Assembly: GCA_036149055.1 (NCBI GenBank)
Contig: JAYZQJ010000217.1
Span: 1 to 53,054, forward strand
From: Myxococcota bacterium
Lineage (GTDB): Bacteria; Myxococcota_A; Polyangia; Polyangiales; Sandaracinaceae
Reading direction: 5' to 3'
Length of the DNA stretch: 53,054 nt
Shown here piece after piece: positions 27,033 through 36,937 of the stretch (the stretch's first letter is position 1; every line of letters starts with the position of its first letter). Under the pieces are notes generated by a model that worked only from the letters and a program-made list of their open reading frames with translations, ran no database searches and was not told the origin of the DNA. The translations under genes were made by a program, and so were the position numbers.

Positions 27033-28238
27033 ATGAGTCTCGCTGAGGGTGTCGCAGGTCGTCTGGGCGGGGTCCTGTTCTCGGTCGCGGCGCTCTTCGC
27101 GAGCGGCTGCTTCGTGGAGTACGGCGGCGGGGGCTGCCGCGCCGACCGGGACTGCCCGGCGGGGTGGTTCTGCGACGTCGACCGACGATGCTCGCCCGAC
27201 GCGTGCACGAGCGACGCCGACTGCCCGGTCGGGAGCTTCTGCGATCCCCGCGACGGCCTCTGCTACTCGGAGAGCGCCGAGTGCTTCGCCCACACCGACT
27301 GCCCGGTCGGCTTCCGCTGCGCGGCGGGCGGCGTCTGCGTCGAGGAGGTGGGCTGCCTCGACACGAGCGACTGCCCCCTCGGCTACTACTGCGCGGTCGA
27401 CGGCTACTGCTACGCCGAGACCGGCTGCATCTCGGACGCCGAGTGCGGCGCCGGCTGGTACTGCGCGGCCGACGGCCTCTGCTACCCGGAGACCGGCTGC
27501 GTGAGCGACGTCGACTGCCCCGGCGGCTACTACTGCGGCTGGGACGGCTACTGCTACCCGCAGACCGCGTGCTCGAGCGACGCCGAGTGCGGCGTCGGCT
27601 ACTACTGCGGCGTCGACGGCAACTGCTACCGCGACGCGGCTGGCTGCGGCTCGGACGCGGACTGCGCCGCCGGCTACTACTGCGGCTGGGACGGCAACTG
27701 CTACGCGGACGTCGAGTGCGTGGCCGACGCGGACTGCGGCCCCGGCTGGTACTGCGGCTACGACGGCTTCTGCTACCGCAGCGCGACGTGCGCGAGCGAT
27801 CTCGACTGCGGCGCGGGCTACTACTGCGCGTGGGACGGCAACTGCTACCTGAGCGACGCCGGCTGCGCGAGCGACCTCGACTGCGGCTCCGGCTACTACT
27901 GCGGATGGGACGGCAACTGCTACCCGTCGTCTACCGGCTGCACGAGCGACTTCGACTGCGGCTCCGGCTACTACTGCGGCTGGGACGGCCTCTGCTACCC
28001 GAGCTACTCGGGCTGCACGAGCGACCTCGACTGCGGCTCCGGCTACTACTGCGGCTACGACGGCAACTGCTACCGGAGCGGGGCCGGCTGCCGGAGCGAC
28101 GCCGACTGCGGCCTCGACTACTTCTGCTACTCGGACGGCAACTGCTATCCGAAGTCGGACTCCGGCTGCGCGAGCGACGCCGACTGCGGCGCCGGCTACT
28201 ACTGCGACTTCGGCAGCGGCTGGTGCTACCCCCTCTGA
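27033..28238 (+). CDS. Lipoprotein made of 15 tandem Cys/Tyr-rich repeats (CxSDxDCxxGYYCxxDGxCY)
   Basis: GGAGGGAG RBS and lipobox FASGC, then 15 units of 23-26 aa with four Cys each running to the C-terminus. Confidence 0.88.
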   Translation: MSLAEGVAGRLGGVLFSVAALFASGCFVEYGGGGCRADRDCPAGWFCDVDRRCSPDACTSDADCPVGSFCDPRDGLCYSESAECFAHTDCPVGFRCAAGGVCVEEVGCLDTSDCPLGYYCAVDGYCYAETGCISDAECGAGWYCAADGLCYPETGCVSDVDCPGGYYCGWDGYCYPQTACSSDAECGVGYYCGVDGNCYRDAAGCGSDADCAAGYYCGWDGNCYADVECVADADCGPGWYCGYDGFCYRSATCASDLDCGAGYYCAWDGNCYLSDAGCASDLDCGSGYYCGWDGNCYPSSTGCTSDFDCGSGYYCGWDGLCYPSYSGCTSDLDCGSGYYCGYDGNCYRSGAGCRSDADCGLDYFCYSDGNCYPKSDSGCASDADCGAGYYCDFGSGWCYPL

Positions 28239-28309
28239 CCTCCCCTCTCGGGTGACCGCAGACGGTTTGTTCGGCCGCGGGGCCGGCCGTGATAGAACCG
28301 CGTTCAGCG

Positions 28310-28987
28310 ATGGCTCTCTTCGCGATCGTGCCCTGGGTCCTGTTCGGGATCATGGTCCTCTTCGGGCTGATCTTCGCCATCGTCGCGTGGCGCGCGACCC
28401 GGCGCGCCGGCGACCAGGAGGAGGCGGCCGAGCGGGCGAAGATGGCGCTGAGCCAGATGGAGGCGCGGGCGCGCGCGGCGGAGGGACAGATCGCCGACGC
28501 GCAGGCCCGAGCCCAGCGCGCCGAGGCGTCCATCGCCGACGCGGAGGAGCGCGCCCGGCGGGCCGAGCAGGCGGCCGAGGACGCGCGGCGCGCCGCCGCC
28601 CAGGCCTCCGGGCAGGCCCAGCAGGCGCTGCAGCGGGCGCAGCAGGCCGACTCCGCGCTCCAGCAGCGCCGCGACGAGGCGGCGGAGAAGCAGCGCAAAG
28701 CCCAGGGTCGCGCCCGCTCGCTGCTCAGCTGGGCGCGCCAGCAGTGGGAGAGCCGCCGCGAGGCCGACCGCCAGAAGGCGCAGGGCGTCGAGGGCTCCTT
28801 CCAGGCCCAGCTCGACGCCTTCCTCGGCCACCGCCGCGCCCCGGTCACCTTCCGGGTGGAGGGCGAGATCGACCGCATGGCCGCGCCGCTGCTCGGCCAG
28901 TACGTGCAGGACGAGGACGTGCAGGTCGACGGCGACCTGGTCCGGGTCACCTACCCCGTCGACCCGTCCCTCGGCTTCCGCGCCTGA
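28310..28987 (+). CDS. Membrane-anchored coiled-coil protein
   Basis: N-terminal TM followed by a long Ala/Gln/Arg/Glu heptad region. Confidence 0.75.
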   Translation: MALFAIVPWVLFGIMVLFGLIFAIVAWRATRRAGDQEEAAERAKMALSQMEARARAAEGQIADAQARAQRAEASIADAEERARRAEQAAEDARRAAAQASGQAQQALQRAQQADSALQQRRDEAAEKQRKAQGRARSLLSWARQQWESRREADRQKAQGVEGSFQAQLDAFLGHRRAPVTFRVEGEIDRMAAPLLGQYVQDEDVQVDGDLVRVTYPVDPSLGFRA

Positions 28988-28993
28988 GGGAGG

Positions 28994-30961
28994 TCAGCGG
29001 ACCTCGCCGAACGCGCCGCTCGCCTCGAGCTGCGCGCCGACGACCGAGAACACCGGGCTCTGCGCGCCCAGGCGAGTGCCCACCGCGACCCCGGTCGGCA
29101 CCTCGACGCCGGCGCCGAAGCGGAGCGCGGTCGGCACCTCGAGGACCGGGACCGGGATCGGAGGCCGCGCGTCCCCGAGCAGGGTGCTGGCGACGTGGTG
29201 GCCGAGCACCGCGACGAAGCCGCCGACCTGGGCGCGCTCCTCGGTGCTCAGCGCGCGGTCGGCGCTGAAGCTCATCGCGGTGAGCGCGATGCCGCCGACC
29301 CCGGGGTGCGTTCCCGGCGTGCCGTCGAAGCCCGCGCGCGCAGTGGCGGAGAAGCGGATCTGCATCCCCTCCCCGTAGGGCGCCGGCCCCGAGACGGTCG
29401 CGGTCATGCCGCCCATCATCAGGCTCACCGAGCCGTCGACGCTGGTGGCCACCGCGGGCAGCGCCGACTCGACCTGGATCATGTCGGGCGCGACGATCAT
29501 GTCGGGCGCCACGATCATGTCCGGGGCCACGATCATGTCGGGCGCGACGATCATGTCCGGGGCCACGATGCCGCGGGTCCCGCCGGCCGCCCAGTGCGCG
29601 TGGAGCGCCTGGTTGAACACGCCGAGCTGCACGGCGACGCCGCTGATCGCCGGGACGTCACGCACCCGCGCCGCGTCGACGCCCTGGAGCGCCACCCCGA
29701 GGCCGGGCGGGGTCCCGCCGCCGTTGGGCGCGTAGCCGGTCCGCACCCCGAGGGTGAGCCCCTCCCCTTCACTCGCGACGACGAGCGCGGGGGTGGCGCT
29801 CACGTCGATGGCCACCATGCGCCCCCCGATCGACGGCAGGATCAGGCTGGTGTCGGGCGTGCCGAGGCCGGCGAGCAGCTCGTCGACGAGGGTGCTCGCC
29901 GCGTCGGCGTAGAGGTCGCCGATGTCCGCCGCGAGGTCGTCGTCGAGGCTGGCACGGTTACGGATCAGCGGCTCCACGAGGTCGCGGTGCTCGGGGTACA
30001 TGTCCGGGAACTCGGCGCCGGTGGAGACGAGGCGCACCGACTCCACCTCGCGCAGCGTCACCGTCACCCGGCCGGCGTCGAGGGCCACGTCGACCGTGAG
30101 CACCACCTCCACGTCGAAGGTCAGCGTGCCCTCCTCGTCGAAGTCGGCGGTGGGCGGCGTGCACTCCATCGTCACCGGATCGCACCCGCCCCCGGCGAGG
30201 GTGTCGGTGGAGCCCACGACGTGGGTGCCGACCTCCACCCCGGACGCGGTGGCCACGACCCGGAAGCCGCCGTCGATGACGCTCATCGTCGAGTCCGGCG
30301 GCGCGCTCAGGCTCGGCGTGTCGTACTCGACGAGGTCGAACCACGCGCGGGGCGGCAGGTCGACGCAGCCGGTCCCGGGCGGCGGGACGCAGGGCGGCAC
30401 CGGGGGCAACGCGTAGGGGCCGAGCGGGATCTCGGCGCCCAGCACCGCGGCGAAGAGCCCGCTCGAGCCGGCGCGCAGGAGCACGTCGTCGAGGCTGCCG
30501 AGGGTGCTCGCGTCGTCCCCGTCGTCGACCGCGGTCTGGGACAGGTGCAGGACCGAGGTCGCGCCGTCCGGCCGCTCGTCCTCGCCGTAGCGGGACGCGA
30601 CCATGAAAGAGCAGAGCTGGGTCAGGCCGTCGGCCTCGACCAGGAACGACTGCACGCCGAAGGCGGCGGGGCGCTCGACCGCGACCAGGCCGAACGCGTC
30701 CGGCGTGACCTCCTCGCCGTCGATGCGGACCATCGTCGGGTCGAGGCCGCGGACCGCCGCGACGAGCCGGAGGGTCTCGCCGTCTTCGGCCCGGACCATG
30801 TCCCCGAACCCGGGCGACACGCACTGGATGCCGGGCTCCGCCAGCCCCCCGTCCGGCGCCGGAGCCGCGGCGTCCTCCTCCATGGGCGCGGGGCCGTCAC
30901 AGCCCGTGAGCACGAGGACCAACCCGAGCACCACCCGCGGTAGCGTTTCCACGGCAAGCAT
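28994..30961 (-). CDS. Large hypothetical lipoprotein with an internal (IVAPDM)x5 repeat
   Basis: Lipobox VLTGC, 655 aa, NQALHAHW motif, internal hexapeptide repeat. Confidence 0.78.
   Translation of the reverse strand: MLAVETLPRVVLGLVLVLTGCDGPAPMEEDAAAPAPDGGLAEPGIQCVSPGFGDMVRAEDGETLRLVAAVRGLDPTMVRIDGEEVTPDAFGLVAVERPAAFGVQSFLVEADGLTQLCSFMVASRYGEDERPDGATSVLHLSQTAVDDGDDASTLGSLDDVLLRAGSSGLFAAVLGAEIPLGPYALPPVPPCVPPPGTGCVDLPPRAWFDLVEYDTPSLSAPPDSTMSVIDGGFRVVATASGVEVGTHVVGSTDTLAGGGCDPVTMECTPPTADFDEEGTLTFDVEVVLTVDVALDAGRVTVTLREVESVRLVSTGAEFPDMYPEHRDLVEPLIRNRASLDDDLAADIGDLYADAASTLVDELLAGLGTPDTSLILPSIGGRMVAIDVSATPALVVASEGEGLTLGVRTGYAPNGGGTPPGLGVALQGVDAARVRDVPAISGVAVQLGVFNQALHAHWAAGGTRGIVAPDMIVAPDMIVAPDMIVAPDMIVAPDMIQVESALPAVATSVDGSVSLMMGGMTATVSGPAPYGEGMQIRFSATARAGFDGTPGTHPGVGGIALTAMSFSADRALSTEERAQVGGFVAVLGHHVASTLLGDARPPIPVPVLEVPTALRFGAGVEVPTGVAVGTRLGAQSPVFSVVGAQLEASGAFGEVR
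29477..29569. repeat. Intragenic 18-bp tandem repeat x5
   Basis: GATCATGTC(G/C)GG(C/G)GC(G/C)AC units encoding IVAPDM on the minus strand. Confidence 0.92.
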
Positions 30962-31029
30962 AATGACACAACCTGACGGTGATCGCTTACGTTGCCCCGA
31001 GCGAGGGCGCGTGACTACCCTTCGGCCGA

Positions 31030-33240
31030 ATGGGTGACCGGGATCGCAAAGGGAAGCTGCACCTCGCCTCGGCGGTGCCGTTCGGCATCGGCGAGACGAA
31101 GCCGCATCACTTCCTCGAGATGGCGGAGATCGCCTGGAAGAACCGAGGCCGCTGGGGTTACGCCTGGCGGATCCTCCACGAGGGGGTCTGCGACGGCTGC
31201 GCGCTCGGCACGACCGGCATGCGGGACTGGACGCTCGACGGCACCCATCTCTGCCTCGTCCGGCTGAACCTGCTCGAGCTGAACACGATGCGGCCGTTCG
31301 CGCCGGAGAAGGTCGAGGACGTGAGCTGGCTCCCGCGGCGGGCCAAGGACCTGCGCGAGCTCGGCCGGATCCCGGCGCCGCTGCGCCGCCGCAAGGGCGA
31401 GAAGGGCTTCAGCGTCGTCTCGTGGGACGAGACGCTCGAGGCCCTCGGCGCCCGGCTGCGCGACGCCGATCCCGATCGCATCGCCTGCTACATGACCTCG
31501 CGCGGCATCACCAACGAGGTCTACTACGCGGCCCAGAAGGCGTGGCGCTGGCTCGGCTCGCCCCACATCGACAACGCGGCCCGCCTCTGCCACAGCCCGT
31601 CGACCGCGGCGATGAAGAGCGTGCTCGGGGTCGGCGCGTCGACCTGCAGCTACCTCGACTGGTACGGCTCGGACGTCATCGTCTTCTTCGGCAGCAACCC
31701 GGCGAACGACCAGCCGGTGGCGCTCAAGTACCTCTACGAGGCGAAGAAGCGCGGCAGCCGGGTCCTGGTCGTGAACACGTTCCGCGAGCCCGGGCTCGAG
31801 CGCTACTGGATCCCGTCGAACGCCGACAGCGCGCTCTTCGGCACCAAGATCGCCGACCGCTTCTTCCACGTCGGCGCCGGCGGCGACCTCGCGTTCGTCT
31901 ACGCGGTGATGAAGCTGCTCATCGAGCGGGGCGCGATCGCGCGGGACTTCGTCGACGCGCACACCGAGGGCTACGCGGACTTCGAGGCTCACCTCGAGGG
32001 CCTCGCGCAGGACGAGCTGATCGCGCGGAGCGGCGCGACCGAAGAGGACGTGCGCGCCTTCGCCGACGAGATCGCCGACGCGGAGACGGGGGTCTTCGTG
32101 TGGTCGATGGGCCTGACCCAGCACGCGCACGGGACCGAGACGGTCGCCGCGGTGCTCTGCCTCGGGCTGACCCAGGCCTTCATCGGGCGCGAGAAGTGCG
32201 GGCTGATGCCCATCCGCGGCCACTCCGGCGTGCAGGGCGGCGCGGAGATGGGCGCCTACGCCACGGTCTTCCCGGGCGGCCGCGCGATCGACGACGCCGA
32301 GGCCGATCGGCTCGAGGACCTCTGGGGCTTCCGGCCGCCGGCGCGCATCGGCCACTCGACGGTGGAGATGCTCGAGGCGGCGCTGCGCGGCGAGCTCGAC
32401 GTGCTCTACGCGGTGGGCGGCAACTTCGTCGACACCCTGCCGCAGCCGCAGCGGGTCGAGGAGGCCGTCTCCAGGGTGCCGGTGCGCATCCACCAGGACA
32501 TCGTGCTGACGCCGAAGATGCTGATCGAGCCCAACGAGGAGGTCTGGGTCCTGCCCGCGAAGACCCGCTACGAGCACGAGGGCGGCGTGACCGAGACGAC
32601 GACCGAGCGTCGCGTCGTCTACAGCCCCTACGTCGAGGGCCCGGTCTGCGGCGAGGCGCGCGAGGAGTGGCGCATCGTGCGCGACCTGGCGCTGGCCGCG
32701 AAGCCCGGCGACCTCGGCCTGGAGGACGCGGCCGCGATCCGCCGCGACATCGCCGAGACCATCGACGTCTACGCGGAGATCGCGTCGCTCGAGAAGAAGG
32801 GCGACCAGTTCCAGTGGGGCGGCGCCCGCCTCTGCGACGGAGGCGAGTTCCCGCTGCCCGGCGGCAAGGCGCGCTTCCGGACCTTCGACCCGCCCGACAT
32901 GCGCCCGCGCGAAGAGGACGAGATGTACGTCACGACCCGGCGCGGCAAGCAGTTCAACTCGATCGTGCAGAACGACGTCGACCAGCTCACCGGCGCGGCC
33001 CGCGACCACGTGCTGATCTCGCGCGCGGACATGGAGCGGCTCGGCGTGGAGCAGAACCAGCCGCTCCGGCTCGAGAGCTCGCACGGCACCTTCACCGGGC
33101 GCGCGTTCGCCGCGCCGATCACGCCGGGTAACCTGCAGCTCCACTGGCCCGAGGCGAACGTGCTGCTCGATCCCCAGCGGGTCGATCCGGGCGGCCTCGT
33201 GCCCGACTACGGCACCCGCGTGCGCGTGTCGGTCGTATGA
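31030..33240 (+). CDS. FdhF/YdeP-family molybdopterin oxidoreductase
   Basis: CDGCALG, YMTSRG.TNE.YY, NAARLCHSPS, SMGLTQH, IRGHSGVQGGAEMG and TTRRGKQFNS motifs. Confidence 0.92.
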   Translation: MGDRDRKGKLHLASAVPFGIGETKPHHFLEMAEIAWKNRGRWGYAWRILHEGVCDGCALGTTGMRDWTLDGTHLCLVRLNLLELNTMRPFAPEKVEDVSWLPRRAKDLRELGRIPAPLRRRKGEKGFSVVSWDETLEALGARLRDADPDRIACYMTSRGITNEVYYAAQKAWRWLGSPHIDNAARLCHSPSTAAMKSVLGVGASTCSYLDWYGSDVIVFFGSNPANDQPVALKYLYEAKKRGSRVLVVNTFREPGLERYWIPSNADSALFGTKIADRFFHVGAGGDLAFVYAVMKLLIERGAIARDFVDAHTEGYADFEAHLEGLAQDELIARSGATEEDVRAFADEIADAETGVFVWSMGLTQHAHGTETVAAVLCLGLTQAFIGREKCGLMPIRGHSGVQGGAEMGAYATVFPGGRAIDDAEADRLEDLWGFRPPARIGHSTVEMLEAALRGELDVLYAVGGNFVDTLPQPQRVEEAVSRVPVRIHQDIVLTPKMLIEPNEEVWVLPAKTRYEHEGGVTETTTERRVVYSPYVEGPVCGEAREEWRIVRDLALAAKPGDLGLEDAAAIRRDIAETIDVYAEIASLEKKGDQFQWGGARLCDGGEFPLPGGKARFRTFDPPDMRPREEDEMYVTTRRGKQFNSIVQNDVDQLTGAARDHVLISRADMERLGVEQNQPLRLESSHGTFTGRAFAAPITPGNLQLHWPEANVLLDPQRVDPGGLVPDYGTRVRVSVV

Positions 33241-34052
33241 GGGAGCGCGGCGTCACCGAGCGGCCGGTCTCGCGCCGCCGGGCCGGCACCGCGGAGGAGG
33301 CGCCCGACGCGATCGCGGTCGAGGAGCCGCTCGAGATCCGGCTCGCCGGCGACCCGCTGGCGGTCACCATGCGGACCCCGGGCGAGGACCGGCACCTCGC
33401 GGTCGGCTTCCTCTTCGCCGAGGGCATCATCGGCGGGCTCGCCGACGTCGGCAGCGTCGCGCACTGCGGGAGGCCGAGCGACGAGGGGTTCGGCAACGCG
33501 ATCGACGTGCTGCCCGGGCCCGGCGTGACCTTCGACACCACCCGGCTCGAGGGCACGCGCCGCGGCACGCTCACCACCGCCTCGTGCGGGGTCTGCGGCC
33601 GCCGCTCCATCGACGATCTGCTGGCCCGGGTCGGCGTCGTCGACCGCGAGGTCGTCGTGCCCTTCGAGGTCGTCGCCAGCTCGCCGGCGCGCCTCGCCGA
33701 GGGGCAGCGCCGCTTCGCCCACACCGGCGGCGTGCACGCGGCGGCGCTCCAGCGCGCCGACGGCGCCGTCCGGGCGAGCGCCGAGGACGTGGGCCGCCAC
33801 AACGCGGTCGACAAGGTCGTGGGGCGCATGCTCTACGACGGCATCGACGACGCCACGATCCTCGCGGTCAGCGGCCGGGTCTCGTTCGAGATCGTGCAGA
33901 AGGCGGCCGCGGCCGGCGTCCCGATCGTCACCGCGGTCAGCGCGCCGACCTCGCTGGCCATCGACCTCGCCGACCGGGCGGGCATCACCCTGGCCGCGTT
34001 CGTCCGGGACGGGCGGGCCAACGTCTACACCCACGGCGCCCGGATCCGTTGA
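33237..34052 (+). CDS. fdhD: Formate dehydrogenase accessory sulfurtransferase FdhD
   Basis: EEPLEI, MRTPG, SCGVCG, TGGVHAA, EDVGRHNAVDK, SGRVSFEIVQKA and SAPTSLA. ATGA overlap with the upstream gene. Confidence 0.95.
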   Translation: MRERGVTERPVSRRRAGTAEEAPDAIAVEEPLEIRLAGDPLAVTMRTPGEDRHLAVGFLFAEGIIGGLADVGSVAHCGRPSDEGFGNAIDVLPGPGVTFDTTRLEGTRRGTLTTASCGVCGRRSIDDLLARVGVVDREVVVPFEVVASSPARLAEGQRRFAHTGGVHAAALQRADGAVRASAEDVGRHNAVDKVVGRMLYDGIDDATILAVSGRVSFEIVQKAAAAGVPIVTAVSAPTSLAIDLADRAGITLAAFVRDGRANVYTHGARIR

Positions 34053-34127
34053 GCCACCTCGGACGGTCGGCGCGGCCCGAAATGCGGTAACCTCTGCGCC
34101 GGGCGGGGTCGAGGAGCAGCAGCGAGG

Positions 34128-35750
34128 ATGTACGGCAGAAAGCGTTTCCACATCGGACGGTCCACCCTCGGGCGCAGGAGCTTCGTCCGCGTGACCACCG
34201 CCGGCGCCGCCGGCCTCTACCTCGCCACCGGCTGCGACTCCACGGAGCCGGCCGAGCGCGTCCGCGCGCTGGTGGTGGGCAGCGGCTTCGGCGGCTCCAT
34301 CGCCGCGCTGCGGCTCGCCGAGGCCGGCATCGCCTCGACCGTGCTCGAGCGCGGCAAGCGCTGGGAGATCACGCCCGAGCTCGACACCTTCTGCACCACG
34401 CAGAACCCGGACGGACGCGCCGCGTGGATGCACCGCGAGCCGGTGATCCCCGGCGTGCCGCCGGTGCGACTGCGCAACGCGCCCTACGTCGGCCTGCTCG
34501 AGCGCTTCTTCGGCGAGAACATCGACGTGGTGTGCGCGGCCGGCGTCGGCGGCGGCTCCCTCGTCTACAGCGGGATCATGATCCAGCCGCCCCGCGAGCT
34601 CTTCGAGTCGGTGTTCCCGGCGGAGCTCGACTACGGCGAGATGGACGACACCTGGTACCCGCGGGTGCGCGAGATCATGCGCCCCGGCGCGATGCCCGAC
34701 GACATCCTCGAGGCCGAGCCCTACCTCTCGAGCCGGCTCTTCATCCGGGACGCGACGGCGGCCGGGCTCGACGTCCGGCGCGTGCAGTGCGCGATGGACT
34801 GGGACCTCATCCGCGCCGAGCTCACCGGCGAGGTGCCGCCGCAGGTGATCACGGGCGACTACCTCTACGGCCTCAACAGCGGCGCCAAGCACTCCATCGA
34901 CCGCGTCGGCTACCTCACGATGGCCGAGGCCACCGGCATGGTGGACGTGCGGCCGCAGCACCAGGTGAAGGCGGTCGGCGCGCTCGAGGGCGGCGGCTAC
35001 TGGGCCGAGGTCGAGCGCATCGACGAGCACGGCGAGGTCCTCGAGACCCTGCGCATGGAGACCGACCTGCTCTTCATGGCCGCCGGCTCGATGAACACGA
35101 CCAAGCTGATGCTGAAGGCCAAGCGCGACGGCACCCTGCCCGACCTCAACGATCAGGTGGGCGAGGCGTGGGGCAACAACGGCCAGCGCATCCTGGTGCG
35201 CACCGGGCTGAGCGAGATGACCGGCGCCGAGCAGGGCGGCCCGGCCTGCGTGTTCATCGACCACCACGACAACCCCGAGGGGCCCATCGGCATGGAGTTC
35301 GGGCCGGCGCCGATCGGCTTCGAGCACAACTGCCTGGTCAGCGCGACCCAGGGCGTGCCGGAGCAGCTCGGCCGGCTGCGGCTCGAGGTCACCATGGTCG
35401 GCGACGAGGAGCGCGTCGACATCGTGCCCGAGTGGAACCGCGACTGGGACGCCAGCGCCGGACGCGCGGCGCGCCACACCATGCAGCAGATGATCGACGC
35501 CGCGGGCGGCGCGCTCGGCAGCCTGCCGGGCGTGGACGACCCCTCGATCACCTTCCACCCGCTCGGGGGCATGACCATGGGCCGCGCCTGCGACACCTAC
35601 GGCCGGGTCGAGGGCCACGCCGGCCTCTACGTGGTCGACAGCGCGCTCATCCCCGGCTCGACGCCGGCGGGCAACCCGTTCTGGACGGTCTCCGCCCTCG
35701 CCGAGCGGGCGATGGACACGATCGTGCGCGAGGATCTCGCGGGCGAGTGA
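34128..35750 (+). CDS. Cholesterol oxidase-like GMC oxidoreductase (Tat-exported, possibly lipoprotein)
   Basis: GRRSFV twin-Arg motif and ATGC lipobox. GSGFGG, LERG, VGGGSLV, WGNNG, FHPLGG, YGRV.G..GLYV.D.ALIPGS and NPFWT.SALAER closely follow Streptomyces-type cholesterol oxidase. Confidence 0.85.
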   Translation: MYGRKRFHIGRSTLGRRSFVRVTTAGAAGLYLATGCDSTEPAERVRALVVGSGFGGSIAALRLAEAGIASTVLERGKRWEITPELDTFCTTQNPDGRAAWMHREPVIPGVPPVRLRNAPYVGLLERFFGENIDVVCAAGVGGGSLVYSGIMIQPPRELFESVFPAELDYGEMDDTWYPRVREIMRPGAMPDDILEAEPYLSSRLFIRDATAAGLDVRRVQCAMDWDLIRAELTGEVPPQVITGDYLYGLNSGAKHSIDRVGYLTMAEATGMVDVRPQHQVKAVGALEGGGYWAEVERIDEHGEVLETLRMETDLLFMAAGSMNTTKLMLKAKRDGTLPDLNDQVGEAWGNNGQRILVRTGLSEMTGAEQGGPACVFIDHHDNPEGPIGMEFGPAPIGFEHNCLVSATQGVPEQLGRLRLEVTMVGDEERVDIVPEWNRDWDASAGRAARHTMQQMIDAAGGALGSLPGVDDPSITFHPLGGMTMGRACDTYGRVEGHAGLYVVDSALIPGSTPAGNPFWTVSALAERAMDTIVREDLAGE

Positions 35751-36293
35751 TCACTCGCGGACGGGCGGCGGCTTCACGCGGCCGGGCCCGCGCTTCTTCG
35801 GCTTCTTGGAGGCCCCCCGCTTCGTCGAGAGGTTCTTCTCGAGGTAGACGTGCTCGCGCGGGTTGCCGAACCCGTGCTTCTCGAAGAAGCGCACCGCCTT
35901 CTCGTTGGCCGGGTCCGTGTCGGCGAGGAGGATGCGGCAGCCGAGCTCCCGGAACGCCTCGGTGACGCGCTCGAGGAGCTTGCTCGCCACCCCGCCGCGC
36001 GCCGCCTCGGGGTCGACGCCGATCCAGACGACCCAGCCGTAGCTCCAGGCGCTGCGTCGCTTCTCGAGCACGGTGCCGAGCACGAACCCGATCAGGGCGT
36101 CCTCGTCGTCGGTGGCGACGAAGCAGGTGTCCCAGTCGCTCTCGAAGAAGCCCACCAGCTCGAACTCGTCCCAGGTCCGGTAGAGGCTGGGGAAGGTGCC
36201 GGCGGTGAAGAGCTTGGCGCCGAGGTGATAGACCGACGACAGGTCGTCGATGCTCATCGGCCGCACGAAGACCTTGTTCTTCCGGTCGGTCAC
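35751..36293 (-). CDS. GNAT-family N-acetyltransferase
   Basis: WIGVDPEAARGGVASKL (motif A) and N..AVRFFEKHGF (motif B). Confidence 0.9.
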   Translation of the reverse strand: MTDRKNKVFVRPMSIDDLSSVYHLGAKLFTAGTFPSLYRTWDEFELVGFFESDWDTCFVATDDEDALIGFVLGTVLEKRRSAWSYGWVVWIGVDPEAARGGVASKLLERVTEAFRELGCRILLADTDPANEKAVRFFEKHGFGNPREHVYLEKNLSTKRGASKKPKKRGPGRVKPPPVRE

Positions 36294-36312
36294 GCGCGAC
36301 CTCGCCGGTCGG

Positions 36313-36876
36313 TCAGCGTCGACGGTAGGGCAGCGTGAAGCGCATCGGCTGCGGCATCATGTCGCCCTGGGTGGTGGCGGTGACCGTCATGCGGCCCTCG
36401 CGCTCGAGTGAGTAGACGTTCCAACGCGTTCCCTGATCCGCCTGGAAGACCTGCTCCAGGTCGTCACCCCGGAAGCGCTGCGTGACCTGGAGCTCGTCGC
36501 CCTCGAAGTCGCGCCCCGTCCGGGTCTGGCCGAGGGGCGTGGTGTAGCGGTGGCGGCCGTCGAACACCACCGTGATCCGACGCGCGTCGTCCGCGAAGGT
36601 CAGCGCGATCGTCTCGTTCACCGGGGTGTTGTCGCGGAGCATCGGCCGGGCGATCCCGCGCACGAAGAAGCTCATCGCGTTCACCGTCTGGTCGATGGCC
36701 CGGTCGACGATCGCGCGGGCGCGCGCCTGCGGGATCGCCAGCTCCCAGGTGCCCTGGAAGGCCTGGCGGTGCTGCGTCCACTGCGGGTCGGCGTCGTCCT
36801 GGGCGGGGGCCGGACGGGGGACGAGGAGGGCGCCGAACAGCAGCAGCGCCGGGGTGAGGGCTCGGAGGGTGCGCAT
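36313..36876 (-). CDS. Hypothetical secreted protein (lipocalin-like beta-barrel candidate)
   Basis: Signal peptide, FQGTWEL (GxW) motif, beta-strand pattern, C-terminal YRR. Confidence 0.65.
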   Translation of the reverse strand: MRTLRALTPALLLFGALLVPRPAPAQDDADPQWTQHRQAFQGTWELAIPQARARAIVDRAIDQTVNAMSFFVRGIARPMLRDNTPVNETIALTFADDARRITVVFDGRHRYTTPLGQTRTGRDFEGDELQVTQRFRGDDLEQVFQADQGTRWNVYSLEREGRMTVTATTQGDMMPQPMRFTLPYRRR

Positions 36877-36937
36877 CGCTCTCCTATGACGGCGAACTCC
36901 GCCGTGGATTCGATGCATAGGCTACCATCGCCGCCTC

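Noticed and set aside
27033..28238. RiPP-like multi-core precursor for the neighbouring halogenases
   Set aside because: It has a lipoprotein signal and disulfide-type repeats, with no leader/cleavage motifs or peptidase. The halogenases sit with an ACP, which is the more parsimonious substrate carrier.
31030..33240. Selenocysteine-containing formate dehydrogenase
   Set aside because: The frame is open with Cys at the RLCH active-site motif and no in-frame TGA. This is an ordinary FdhF/YdeP-family gene.
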